Below, piece after piece: positions 45,059 to 58,427 of a DNA stretch of 64,000 nt. The position numbers were made by a program, and so were the translations under genes. Source of the stretch: Piromyces finnis finn (Eukaryota; Fungi; Neocallimastigomycota). The DNA is taken from NCBI GenBank assembly GCA_002104945.1, contig MCFH01000004.1, positions 186,001-250,000 of the forward strand, written 5' to 3'. The notes beneath the pieces were generated by a model, which made no database searches, was not told the DNA's origin, and saw nothing but the letters and a program-made list of their open reading frames with translations. Every line of letters begins with the position of its first letter. The first letter of the stretch is position 1.

Positions 45059-47448
45059 TTATTTCTTACTATGAATTTTAACACTTTCAGTATCAGCTAA
45101 AATAACAGTACTAAGTCCTGGGATTATAATAGATGTTTCATTAGTAATAGGGAAATTTATATCACTTTCCTCATTACTTAAATCACAAAAAACAATTGTC
45201 CAATCTTGTTCTGGAAGACCGACTTCAATTTCTTCCTTTTCAGCATTAAAGAAAATCATTAAAGTTTTATAAGGGTCATTATTGGAATGATTATCAATAA
45301 TAACCCCTATTGTATTTATATTTTCAATATCAATAAATGATATATTCTTCCAAATTTCCATTCGATTATTCATACGGAATGCAGGATGTTCCTTTCTAAA
45401 CTTAATTAAATTCTTATAATAAGTAAAAGTAGAATAATATCTTCCCTTTTTACTCCAGTCTATAGCATTAATAATATCACCAGATTTATAACTATTCTCA
45501 TCCATTTTCTTAGTACGTAATATTTCTTCTCCTTCATGAATAAATGGTAAACCCTGAGATAAAAGAACAATGGCCATAGCTAATTGATCCATTTTAATTC
45601 TTTCATCATCAGTAACCTCTAATTTTTTAGTAGAAAGACATATTTTATCCCAGAGACAAAGATTATCGTGACATGAAGCATAATTAATAATTTGACTTGG
45701 AGTTCTAACTCTTGGACAAATTGTTTTACAACTTGGATGGCCAATAGACCCAGAGATAAGAATCTTAAATATTTCCTTATTAATTTCTTTACTACCAGTA
45801 GCGAAACCTAAACCATATTTATTAAAAACAGAACCAACTAAACTATCACGAATTTCATCATTAAACATACCAATATTAATTAAACTTTCATGTGTAGCAT
45901 TGCTTCGAGTACTTCTCTTACTATCTATTAATGGTGAATCACAGCATGTCCATCCTTCACCATATATAATAATACTTGGATCTATAGTATCAATCATATC
46001 TCTTATTTGTTTCATTGTTTCCATATCAATCAATCCCATTAAATCAAAGCGGAATCCATCTACATGATATTCATTGATCCAATAAGCAACTGAATCTAGT
46101 ATATACTTTCTTACCATAGCTCTTTCAGAAGCTATTTCATTACCACAACCAGAACCATTACTAAATTGACCAAATTTATCCATTCTATAATAATAACCTG
46201 GAATAATTTTATTAAATTCGGAAGATTTAGTATGAAAAGTATGATTATAGACTACATCCATTATAACACGAATTCCTTTATCGTGAAAAGCTTTAATAAG
46301 AGATTTTAATTCCATTATTCTATTAATTGGATTATCAGGACTAGTAGCGTATGATCCTTCTGGAATATTATAATTTAAAGGATTATAACCCCAATTATAT
46401 GTATCGAATGGCTTTGTTTCGTCTACATCATCATAATCATAAATAGGAAGAAGTTGGACATGGGTAACTCCTAATTCACAAATATGATCCATACCAGTAG
46501 AATAGCCGTCTGGAGATTTTGTATTGAGTTCTGTCAAGCCAAGATATTGACCTTTTCTTGAAACACCAGAGCAAGGATGCATAGTCATATCTCTTACGTG
46601 ACATTCATATACAATAGCGTCAGTTGGTGAAGATAATGGGTTCAATTTTTGACAAACTTCACGTAAAGAATCTTCTTGCCAACCTGGTATTTGTTCATCT
46701 ATTCTTCCTAAATCACAAATATATGCGTAATGTCCATTAATACTACACGCTTTAGCATATGGATCCATAGCTTCATAATCTTTAAATTCAATACTATTTA
46801 AATCAAAACTATCAAGAGATTCTATTTTTCATATAATTATAATATAATAGAATACATATAAAATAGTTAATAAAAATTATTTAATATATAAAATATTGAA
46901 AAAAAAAATTATATATAAAATATAAATAAAATAGCTCTTATTTATTCCAGAAAAAAAAAACCTTTTGAATAATTAAAACCATCCAATGGGTCCGTCAATT
47001 CTGTTTGTTTCAAAAATATATTTAAAGCACTAATATTTTTTGGGAGCTTTACACAATAAGTATAGTACCAACCATCCAAATCCTCTAATATTTCCACAGC
47101 CCAAATACCCTGAGTATTTTCATTACAATAATTATAGCTATCATCAAATGAAGTATTCTTTTCTATAACATTTTTATTAGAAATGGTTTGTTTAAACATT
47201 CTATACTGACGATCTGGAGAGTTTTTTTGAACATGGGAATCAATATTGGTTTTTGAATATAAATTCAAAGTAACAAGTTTAGCCGTTGGTGCCCACAGCT
47301 TAAATATTGATTTTTCTGGAGTATAGTTTAAACCTAAATCATTTCCGGTATAATAATTTGAGGTTGAAAATATTTTGGATTTATATAAAATTTCATTCTC
47401 TAAATTTTCTTTGTTAACTTTCTCTACTGGAATAACTTTTGATTCCAT
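45059..47448 (-). CDS. pulA: Type I pullulanase (GH13 with N-terminal CBM48-like domain), bacterial type, one intron
   Basis: YTGNDLG..YT....FKLWAPTA, MDPYAKA, VYECHVRD, YNWGYNPLNY..PEGSY, DVVYNH, GFRFDLMG, YGEGW, YASCHDN and FIHEGEEILRTK. Exon 1 runs 47448 to ~46962; exon 2 runs 46821-45059. The ORF track's start at 47454 is a GTG; the ATG is at 47448. Confidence 0.93.
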
Positions 47449-49479
47449 TTTCACTTTTCCAATTAATTAATTAATTAATTAATTACATATAAAATGTGAA
47501 ATAATTATTATCCATTATATAATATCACGAAAATAAAAGTTGATATATATATAATTGTAATAATTGAACATAAGAATATATAGATAAGAAAAGAATAATA
47601 TATTTTATACAACTTTTTTTTTTTTCAATAAAAAAAAAGATAATACTATATATTAATTAATTAATTAATTAATTATTTATTTATTTATTTATATTAATTA
47701 TTATTATAGCATTACTACCTTACATGATATGAAATTATAATATCTGGTAAAAACAAAGTATAATATGAAAAAGAGAAAAAAAAAAAAATATATTTAAAAG
47801 AAATATTAAAGATAGAAAGAAATATAGTAATGTATTAATAATATGATATATAAATGTATTAATATAATAAGTGCATTAATTATAATATATTAAGTCAAAA
47901 ACTTAAAACTTTATCTTAATAGCAATTTAAATCTTTTATTTTTTTTAACAAATAATAAAAATATTTTAATTATTGATTTTTTATTAATCTAATTAATAAG
48001 TCCAATTATGGAAATTTTAATTTATTTCTTTCTTTCTTTTTTTTTTTTTTTAATCTACTTATTTTTATCTATTAAAAGTGTGTGTCATATTGTTTGAGTA
48101 TAATTTCATTCTAAATTTTAACTAATATTTATTTATTCATTATATTTATAATAACAAATGTCTCTTTATTTTACGGAAAAAAGACATTATTAAATATTAA
48201 AAAGCTTTTTGAATTAATTTATTAAAAGATATATTATGCATGATTGAAAAAGATTGAAAAACAATGAATACATAAATAAGTTTTGCCATTATAATAATAA
48301 TAATAAATGTTACTAAAACAAGTGGGATTAAATAAAAAGACATATTTTATGTATGAAATATAATGTATATATATAAAAGTAAATAACTAATTCAAATAAT
48401 TAGATTAATATATTTTATAAAAAATCATTTTGATTTTACATTATATATACATAATACTTTTAATATTCTACAAAAGGTTTTATAATTGTTTGTTTTAAAT
48501 TTATTATTTTCCCATTAAAAGAAATAAAGATTTATATTTGAATGATTATAAAGTTTAAAATCAGCATAAACTATTATTGTTTAGTTATCATAAAATGTAT
48601 ATAGTAGATAAAAGAATATTCATAAGAATATCAATGTTGTTTTATAGTATATTTTAAGCATCATTTGGATCTATTGGTTTATCAACAGAAAAAATAATTA
48701 TATAATAAAAAATTTAAATATATATCAACTACTTGGAAATTTATTAATGATTAATTTAAAATGAAAAAAAAAAAAAAAAAAAAAAACTGAAAATATATAT
48801 AATACAATAATTAATGTATAATAATTAATAATATTATACTTTTAAATATTTTAATAATTAAAGAAATAAATAAAAGGGAAAAAGAATTAATCCTTTTAAT
48901 TCAATTTTAAATTATATATTAATATGTAATTATAAAACAACTTACAAATTTTATAAATTAAAGTTTATTAGATTGTAATAAACAAAATCGTAGTATTATG
49001 TAAAATATAAATGTATTAATTATTCTTTTTTGAATTTATAATTTATTTATAATTTATTTAATTTTATAATAATGATTTACTATTTTAATATGTTAGATAT
49101 TATAAAAAGGAAAAAAAAAATCTTTGTTAAAGTTATTCTCTATTATAAATAATTGACTATTTTATTAGTAATATATTTTATAAAATAATTATATATATAT
49201 TTATTTAATATGTTTTAAAATAAATATAATTATTCATTCATAAATTGTAAAATGAACAATACATTTAATTAATTATTAATAAAATTATATGAAATGAAAA
49301 TTACCTTTATATTCATTTTATTGTAATGATAGCAATTATAAAATATTTATATATAAGAATAATTAATAAATAATATATATTTATAACTATTTTTTAAATA
49401 GCATGATAATAAGTTAAAGTTATGAACTATATATCAAATGTCAAAGGAAAATATATTATTAGTCTTTTTTTTTATCATT

Positions 49480-49740
49480 GCTTAAAAACCTAAAAGTGAA
49501 AAATAGTCTATTCCAAATAATTCTCAAAATATTACATTCCAATTGAATTCTTAAATAATAGATATTTTAAATCCAAGTATAATAAATAATAAGATATATT
49601 TTCATTATCTTTTACACCTTGCAATATTTAATTTCTATATGTTATTAAAGAATAATTTTTTTTTCTAGCCAAAAATCCTGGCTAAATCCTCCAAAAATCT
49701 AGGATAAAAAGTGTATTGACTTATTGGTGGAAACCTAAAT
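49480..49740 (-). mobile_element. Possible decayed LTR-retrotransposon gag fragment
   Basis: Broken frame FLEDLARIFG*...*KLNI/QGVKDNENISYY resembles the gag pattern F...L...FG......KL..L.QG....I..Y. Confidence 0.3.
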
Positions 49741-50074
49741 TTTATATTCAAAACATATATTTAAAATTATATTAATTAAAATTATTAATTTTTAACTAGA
49801 TAATTGCAAAAAATTTTATTATATATAATTAATGACATTTAAAAACAAAAAAAGTTTTATTATGGGACATTATAACATTTCATATTAAATATAACACACT
49901 ATTTGAATGAAAATTATTTAAAATAAAAAAGAAAAAAAAGCCATAACGAAATCTTTTATTATAATATCTAAATAAAAAAAAAAAGAAAACATCTTTTTTG
50001 TATATAATTTAATATATTTATATTTTTATATTTATTGTTGATCCTTTTTATACAAAAAAAAGCTTTTATAATAT

Positions 50075-50121
<47 letters not shown>

Positions 50122-53100
50122 TAAATATTTGAATATTTAAATTTTTATTAATTCTTTTTTTTTTAATAAATTTTCCATAGAAATTATTATTTATATATTT
50201 ATTTTTAATAAACAGAAAAAAAAATTGGTTTTTGAATTTAATAACCCAATATTAAATATTAATAAAAATAAATTAAATAAGATTTCATTCGTTAATTTGT
50301 TACACAAAATAATTATAAAAAAAATTTTGTATCATATTATATTAAATAAAAATAAGAAAAAAAATGAAATATAAAAAAGCATAAATAATAATAGCTATTT
50401 GATATTATTAAGAGTTGTTTAATTTAGGTTTATAATTATGTCAACTTTATTAATATATTTTATGATAAAGAACTACTTGCGTTACATTCTTCTCAAACTA
50501 CATGTATTTATACATTTACATTGTGGCTTAAACATATAATCAAATACAATATATACAAATACGTTTTAATACATTTCAATACATTTGAATACATGTGACA
50601 TAACGTTTGATATAAGTTTCTTTTATGTTGTAGTAATTTAATATTAGTTTATTTATAATTTATTATATTAGGTGAAAAATATTTTATTACTATTAACTTC
50701 TCTCTTATTAATAATTTCACTTATAATATTTTCTTATTAATTATTAAAGCTCTTCCCTTTCTAATTATTAATTATTTTTACATGAATATTTTTATATTAT
50801 AAAATTCCTATAATATAATTGAATATCAATTATATAATGTAATGTATTCATAATATATGAATAATAATTAAATAGGATATAGTATAATATATTTTACATT
50901 TTATATGAAATATTACTATATAAGGAAAGGTAATGTAATACAAATAAGTATTACAATAAAATTAATACTAATATATAATATTAATATTTAAGAATATAAT
51001 GAAATATGTACATGAATTCTATAACTAATATATAAATAATGTATTATAATATATATCAATTATTATATTATTATTATGAAATATTATATATAAATTTTTA
51101 AAGATGAAATTGAATATTTTAAATAATAAAAATTATTTTAGATATTGGCTAATATGTAGCTAGACATATTAATTTCATATCACGTTTCACATATTCTAAC
51201 AGATATAAAAAGGTGTAGTAAACAAAAGAATAATTAATAAGCAAACTATGACTATAATTTATCTTTTTTATTTATAAAACCTTTATAAAAATTAATCTTC
51301 TCTCATAAATATAATTTACTTTTTAATGATTTTACAATGTTTCATATTGTAATTTAAAATTAACCATAGAATGTAAAGTAAGAAAACACTTTATAAAACT
51401 TTGCCGTTCCTCCCTCTAAAAATGGAATTTTTACTAGTTTAAAAAAAAAACTAAAAAAAAAAATATAAAAAAATATAAATTTCATTTAATTAAAAATAAT
51501 GAATTTCATTATTTATATATTAAGAAAAAAAAAAGTTTAATTATAATTAAAAAAAATGGTCTACAAGACTATTTTTATTTATCGTTCATTACTGTTTGTT
51601 GGACTTTTGTTATATTTAATAGGCTTATAGCCATTATTAAAAGTATTAAATGTTGTTATTTTAACTTTTATATTATTATATAATAATCTTATGAAAAAAA
51701 AAAGCTTTTTATTTATTTAAATTTTATTTAAAGCATGAATAAAAATGATACATCATCTTTTCTATAGTTCTAGAATCTTTCTAATTTAATTGATATACTT
51801 TTTATAGTACAATTTTTCATTTGAATATTTAATAATAAATAAAGTTTAGATCGAAAACTTTAAATTCAATGTAATATATAAATGTATACTAAGGATGGAT
51901 CAACTATAATATAAATCTTGGTAGTACAAAAATTACTAATCATTAAATTTAGTTTAATATATGTATAATTTAGATTTTATATTTTAATGAGTATAATCAA
52001 TTCGTATTATAAAATGAAATTCTTAAGGATAAATTAAACTTGCACCCATTTTTTTTTCAACTGTAAATTGAAAAACAACGAGAAAAAAAGGAGGTTATTA
52101 TTTATTTTATGATAAAATTATGATAGATATATTAAAATATGTATAATAATTTAACTAAGAGTAGGAATGTTAGAAATACTTTTTATTATACATAAAATAA
52201 TTATATATTACAAAAAAAGTATTATCAAGTAGCATTGCACATCCTTAACAAATAAAAAGAAAAAACTTCAATTATACTTGTTTTTATTGAATAGATCTAC
52301 GCTTGAATAATCTATCAAATAAATATTGAAAAAAAAAATAATGTTTATGTACCATAAATTAAAATGTATTATCTACATGTCACTAAATAAATAATTTTAT
52401 ATTCTCTAGACATTCTTAATTTTAATATATAATTTTCAATAGATATCAAGAAGATACAGCAAGCAATGATTCTACATAATAGTTGTTGATGATAGAGTAT
52501 ATTTTTACAGCATATATATACATTTATTAGAATAGCTATAGTAAAAACAGCATAAATATTTATCATTGCTGTAACGCTACTAGTATGATGTCATTAAGGT
52601 TCTTCCATATTGTGTAAAGTTCAACTAAAGTGTTGTTGTTGTACTACCTCCAATTTATTATATATAAAAAACACTTCATTATTAAATGTTTCACAGAATA
52701 TTTAAAAGAATAATATAATATATTGAAATAATACAATGACATTATACTATTGTAATATATTATTAGTTTATTATAATTAAAAATTTTTTAATATTAATAA
52801 GCTTTTATAATATATATCATCAATTATATATTTAATATTAATATTTAGAATATGAACCAAGAAATTTTTTAATATATTATTAATAATAAACTTTTTCATT
52901 TTTTATCCACTTTTCTCTCAAAATAAATTTAATATATTTATTATATATTAATATTTCATTAATGATATATATTATGAATATTCTAATGAAAGGATTAACA
53001 ATATATAAATTGAAATATTAATACATTACCAATTTATTTAATTTATCTATTTATTTATTTTTTTTTTTTTCGTTTTTTGTTTTTGTAATTAAAAAATAAA

Positions 53101-54025
53101 AAGTATAATAAATATTAAATTAATTGCAAAAATTATAAATAATGGTTTAAAGTATAAAAAAACTTTTGTTTTTATTTTTTTGTATTTTCATATTTATTTT
53201 TTTGAAAAAAATAATAATAATAATTTATTAATTTAAAAAAAATAAGAGATATTTTTTCTTTTTTAAATAATTAATGTGAAAATAATCTCATGTCGGTTTA
53301 ATAATTAAAAAGATTACAAATACAAAAAAAATAAGCATTTTCATTTTAAACAAGATAAAAGTATTTTAATAATTTTAAAAATTTAAGCAATACAAAAAAG
53401 TTATTTTCAAAATAAATAAATAAATAAATAAAAATAAAATATAAATTTTGATAATAAGAGAAAATATTATCTTAGTAATAATTTTGGTAAAGAAAAAAAA
53501 TAATCTAAATGATATTTCTTCATTTAAATTAATTAATTATATCTAATAATTATTAAAGTAAAATCTTTTACCAAAATATTTGATAAAATTATAAAGTAAA
53601 TTTATTTTCATATAATAACTAGTATAACTAGTATCAATATTATTAAGAATAATAACAATAAACAAAAAAAATTCAATTAGATATTGAAAATTCTAAATAA
53701 TAATAAAAAAAATATTAATAAAAAATCACTTTATTTATATATATATTTCTTCTTTTTTTTTTTTTTTTTTTTTTTTTGTATATAATTAAATAATTAAAAA
53801 AAAACTTCATTCGCAATAAATAGAATAAATATAAAGTAGTATAAATTATTTAAAAATAAAAATATATTATAATAAAAAACGAATAAAATAGATATTAAAA
53901 AAACTTGTTCAAATAAATTTTAACAAATAATAATATAGTAAAATAATTTTAAAATATAAATATTGAAATATTTGTTATTATATTTATTGAAATTACTATC
54001 GCTATATTTAATACCTTACTAAAGG

Positions 54026-54058
<33 letters not shown>

Positions 54059-54486
54059 TAAAAAGACTTATTTAAATATATATATAGTTATAAAAAAATA
54101 ATTTTTAATAAAAATTATATTTTTGTATATTCTCGATAAAACATGTATCAATAAATATTAACAACAAAGATAATCAATAATTATTCTTTAGTAGAAAAAA
54201 GATTAAAATAAAAAATTAAAGCCATGTCAACTATAATTATTTATTAATAATTAAAACGTTGGGATAAAAAAAAAACATCTAGTTTAATAATTATATAAAA
54301 ATTTATTAAAAATAAAACTAAATACCTTTTATATATAAAAAAAATGTAAGTATTAAATATATATATATATATAAAATTTATAAAAAAATTACTAATTTTT
54401 TGTTTATATCTAAAGTTAATTAATTTCTTTAAACACAATAAAATAGCATTACATTAAAAAAAAAAAGGGAAAAAAGAAAGAAAAAA

Positions 54487-57400
54487 ATGGATTGGAATAA
54501 ACTGATTTATATTCTAATATCACTAACTGCAATACTAATAGTAGTAATAATAGTGTTATGTATAATTCTTTATAAACTCAAAAAAGAAAATAAAAGAATT
54601 CGTCATCCATTATTAATTAATCATTATAGAAAATCTTATAATAATGATAAAATAAATGGCTTTAAATCATTTAACTCTCATAATTCTGAAAGAGAAATGT
54701 TAGAAAACTCAGCTATAAATTCATTTTCAATGAAACACCAAATAAATGTAAATGATTTTGTCGATATTCCTCCAGCCACTTATCATAGCAATACATTTGA
54801 TCGTCTAATGATGGATAATGAGTATTCCTATAATAAAGACTATTTAAAACCTATGATGAATGTCAATCAAAGTAATTATATAAGCAATGATTTAGCCCAT
54901 TCGTTATCACAACGATTTTCTTATTGCTCAACAACAACTGCTAGTGAATCACAATATATTCCTTCATTAAAAACATTAATGAATTATTCTTTTTCAGAAA
55001 TTCATGATTCACGCAAAAACAAAAGTCAAAAGTCTTTAGAACATAAACAATCTAAAATTTCATCTAATATTACTACAAATGGTATGGTTGCTTCTTCGGT
55101 AGTATCATCAAGAGTCTCTTCTTCTGTTATTCCTCATTCTTTATTAGGTAATAATAATTCTTTAGGTCGTGGAAATATGAAAAGCATTCCAGTAATTAAT
55201 GATGATACTAATTTACATGAAAATTCATTCCAGAGCAATACAAGTCATATTAGTTACACTAATACAAATACTCCACAAAATGCTACAACACAAGACCATA
55301 GTTTTTATAATTCTCATAATACCATGATATCATTACAAAAATCACCATCAAGTAAAGCTTATCCACTTGACACTGGAATTACTAGCCAAAGTTTACTTCA
55401 TCCAAATCAACAAAACATAAGTATTAATTTAAGTAAATTCCATATCGGTCCAAACATTAGTATCGAAGAATTAGATGATGATGATATGGATCAAAACAGA
55501 AATATTGATGATATTGATGCAATTGTTGATGATGCTGAAAATATTTTGGAATGCTTAAGCCATCATAGTCTCACTTCATCTAACATTCAAGCTGCAAGTC
55601 TCTTAGACAATAATAGTCCAAAAACTCTACATAGTATTGCAGGTTCTAATATTACCTTTAAAACTTCAGATTTTTTATATAATCCAAATCAAAATGCAGT
55701 AGACATTATGGTCAATGGAACGAACACTGATGTAACTCAACACCGCAATAATAATTATTCTCGTAGTTTCCAAAAAACTATTCCATTGGAGGTTCAACCA
55801 TCTGTAGAAACTTGCACAAAGAAAATACCAGAAGAAGGAATAGAAATAGCAAATAATAAAAGTGAATCTGTCATTGACCAAAGTGGATATAATACTTCTT
55901 ATGTTTCTGTTAAACGTAGTCGTTCTTATCTTGGTAGTAAAAGAGCTGAAAAAAAGGAAAAGAATGGAAAAACTGTTAAAGGTCAACAAAATAAAGACAT
56001 TATTCCAAAAGAATTAAAAATTAATAATGAAGTTGATTACCCTATTAATGATGAAAATATCAAATATAAAAATAAAAGCATTCAAGAAAGTCATAATTAT
56101 ATTTATTTAAAGGATAATAGTAATGATATTGATACTGATTTTTCCAAAGTCAAGGTTCAAAAAGTAACCGATTTAAATCCACCTTCACCAAATATGACTT
56201 ATAAAAATATTAATAGTAACTATTTAAACTATAAGAAGGCACAAATAAAGAATGATTCAATGGATTATTCAAATAAAGAAATAAACATTAAAAGTAAAAG
56301 TTTCAATACTATGAATTTCCATAATCCTGCACTTTCAATTAAAACAAAAAATCTTAATGATGAAGTCATGGAAAAACCTGATAGTTGTAATAATCAAATT
56401 GTCAGAGAATCTCACCTTTTAAATCAAGATACTACTAATAATTTTAATAGCCCAACAACTAATGGTAATAATAGTTTCATTCAAAACTCAATATTAAAAT
56501 CACCAACCAATTTCTTTATTAGGAGTCCGCTCTCACCTATTATGAGTGTTGATGAAATGGATGAAAATGATTTAGTATTTAATATTGCTCAAAAACCAAA
56601 TATTCTTACTGAAGATTTAATTAATACTAATAAAATAGAAAACTCAATCAATCCTGATTCTACCATTAATGAAATTTGCCAACCAAATAACAAAAAATCA
56701 ATTAAGCGTGATATTTCTTATGATGAAAGTCATGTTCCGTCAAAAACAGTAAAAACACCAAAGCGTGCTTTTTCCTACAATGACTACAATAATAGTACTA
56801 TTGGAAGATTTAGTCGTAATATTTATAATAATGGATCCATGGATAGAAGTTATATGATTAATGATAACAATCGTATAAGAAATTCATCACAAAAAAGTAT
56901 TGCAATTAATAGTTTAAACAGAAACCAATATAATACATCTTTAAGTAGATATTCTACTTTAAGTCGGACTGATAATCCAGATTCTTCCATTCTTACAGAA
57001 AGCACATCTGTTATTTCAGTAGAAAATATTGATCCAGCTGAAAATCATACTCATAAATTACAAAAACTAAATAATAGCCAAATGAACCAACCATCATTAC
57101 GCAAAGTTGAGATTAATTATGCCATTGATGAAATTCCAGAAGATATTGATATAAATGATAATCTAGAAGAGAGTGTCTCTATTATTCCATCTGTGATGAG
57201 AGTTGTTAATGTTGAATCAAGTCCAATTATACTTCATGAAGCTCAAACTACGCGAATTTCATATATATCAAGCCAATCTTCTGAACTACCAACAAATATT
57301 CTTAGTCAAGAACTTTTAAATAGTTTTTCATCTAATATTAAATCACCAAAAATGGAGGAAGAAGACGAGGATAAAACAGCAAAAAATGAAAAAATAGATT

Positions 57401-57678
57401 CCTCAATTATTGGAATGTCGCCTACAAGCCCCTACAGTAACGAAATAATTATAAAAACTGAAGAAACGTCTTTATCAACCTCTGAAGATTATGATATAAA
57501 TGAAATAAATAACAGGAATAGTAGTAGTTGTATAGAACTTTTAAAAAACAATAATTCTTCCTCAAATGAAGAAGATTTCAGTAGTCCAACACTTAATGAA
57601 AATGCTGATTCAAGTAATTTATTAAAAGATGATATTACTAAGTCATTATCGAAAATTGATGAAATTTTAAAGGTATAA
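54487..57678 (+). CDS. Hypothetical 1063-aa single-pass membrane protein with N-terminal anchor and Ser/Asn-rich disordered tail
   Basis: Uninterrupted 3.2-kb ORF in DNA where stops are otherwise very frequent. Hydrophobic segment LIYILISLTAILIVVIIVLCIILY followed by basic KLKKENKRIR. Confidence 0.8.
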   Translation: MDWNKLIYILISLTAILIVVIIVLCIILYKLKKENKRIRHPLLINHYRKSYNNDKINGFKSFNSHNSEREMLENSAINSFSMKHQINVNDFVDIPPATYHSNTFDRLMMDNEYSYNKDYLKPMMNVNQSNYISNDLAHSLSQRFSYCSTTTASESQYIPSLKTLMNYSFSEIHDSRKNKSQKSLEHKQSKISSNITTNGMVASSVVSSRVSSSVIPHSLLGNNNSLGRGNMKSIPVINDDTNLHENSFQSNTSHISYTNTNTPQNATTQDHSFYNSHNTMISLQKSPSSKAYPLDTGITSQSLLHPNQQNISINLSKFHIGPNISIEELDDDDMDQNRNIDDIDAIVDDAENILECLSHHSLTSSNIQAASLLDNNSPKTLHSIAGSNITFKTSDFLYNPNQNAVDIMVNGTNTDVTQHRNNNYSRSFQKTIPLEVQPSVETCTKKIPEEGIEIANNKSESVIDQSGYNTSYVSVKRSRSYLGSKRAEKKEKNGKTVKGQQNKDIIPKELKINNEVDYPINDENIKYKNKSIQESHNYIYLKDNSNDIDTDFSKVKVQKVTDLNPPSPNMTYKNINSNYLNYKKAQIKNDSMDYSNKEINIKSKSFNTMNFHNPALSIKTKNLNDEVMEKPDSCNNQIVRESHLLNQDTTNNFNSPTTNGNNSFIQNSILKSPTNFFIRSPLSPIMSVDEMDENDLVFNIAQKPNILTEDLINTNKIENSINPDSTINEICQPNNKKSIKRDISYDESHVPSKTVKTPKRAFSYNDYNNSTIGRFSRNIYNNGSMDRSYMINDNNRIRNSSQKSIAINSLNRNQYNTSLSRYSTLSRTDNPDSSILTESTSVISVENIDPAENHTHKLQKLNNSQMNQPSLRKVEINYAIDEIPEDIDINDNLEESVSIIPSVMRVVNVESSPIILHEAQTTRISYISSQSSELPTNILSQELLNSFSSNIKSPKMEEEDEDKTAKNEKIDSSIIGMSPTSPYSNEIIIKTEETSLSTSEDYDINEINNRNSSSCIELLKNNNSSSNEEDFSSPTLNENADSSNLLKDDITKSLSKIDEILKV

Positions 57679-58095
57679 TAACACCTTTAAATTTATTTTA
57701 AAAACATGCGATAAAAAAATAAATAAAAAAAAAATATATATTAATAATTTATAGGTTATTTATATATTTACATTAATAATTCAAATTAACTATTACCTAT
57801 AGTTAAGCAAACTCAATACTCCCATTACACATACTGAAAAATAAAAAATGTTTTATTATTTATTTTAAAATAAAAATATTTTATAGAATAGAAAAATTAG
57901 AAGTACTTAAAAGCATTTCATTGAATTTTACATTTATTTTTTATATATTTATTAAAAATAGTAAATAGAAAAAGAAAAAAAAAAGGAAAAAATAATAACA
58001 AAAATTTAAAATGAAAAGTAAATAAAATATTAAAACAAAAAAAAAAAAAAAAAAAAAAAAAAACGAATAAAAGTATAATTGATTTATATAAAGTA

Positions 58096-58427
<332 letters not shown>

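Noticed and set aside
49666-49705. Twin short hairpins next to CTAG as a Helitron 3' end, and a 12-bp match to the sequence near 13294
   Set aside because: The stems are only 5 bp, the geometry does not fit the hairpin-spacer-CTRR rule and no 5' TC end was found.
52340-52640. Minus-strand 65-aa hydrophobic ORF with a slightly GC-richer upstream patch
   Set aside because: No recognisable motif or splice structure; it may be a pseudogene fragment but cannot be supported.
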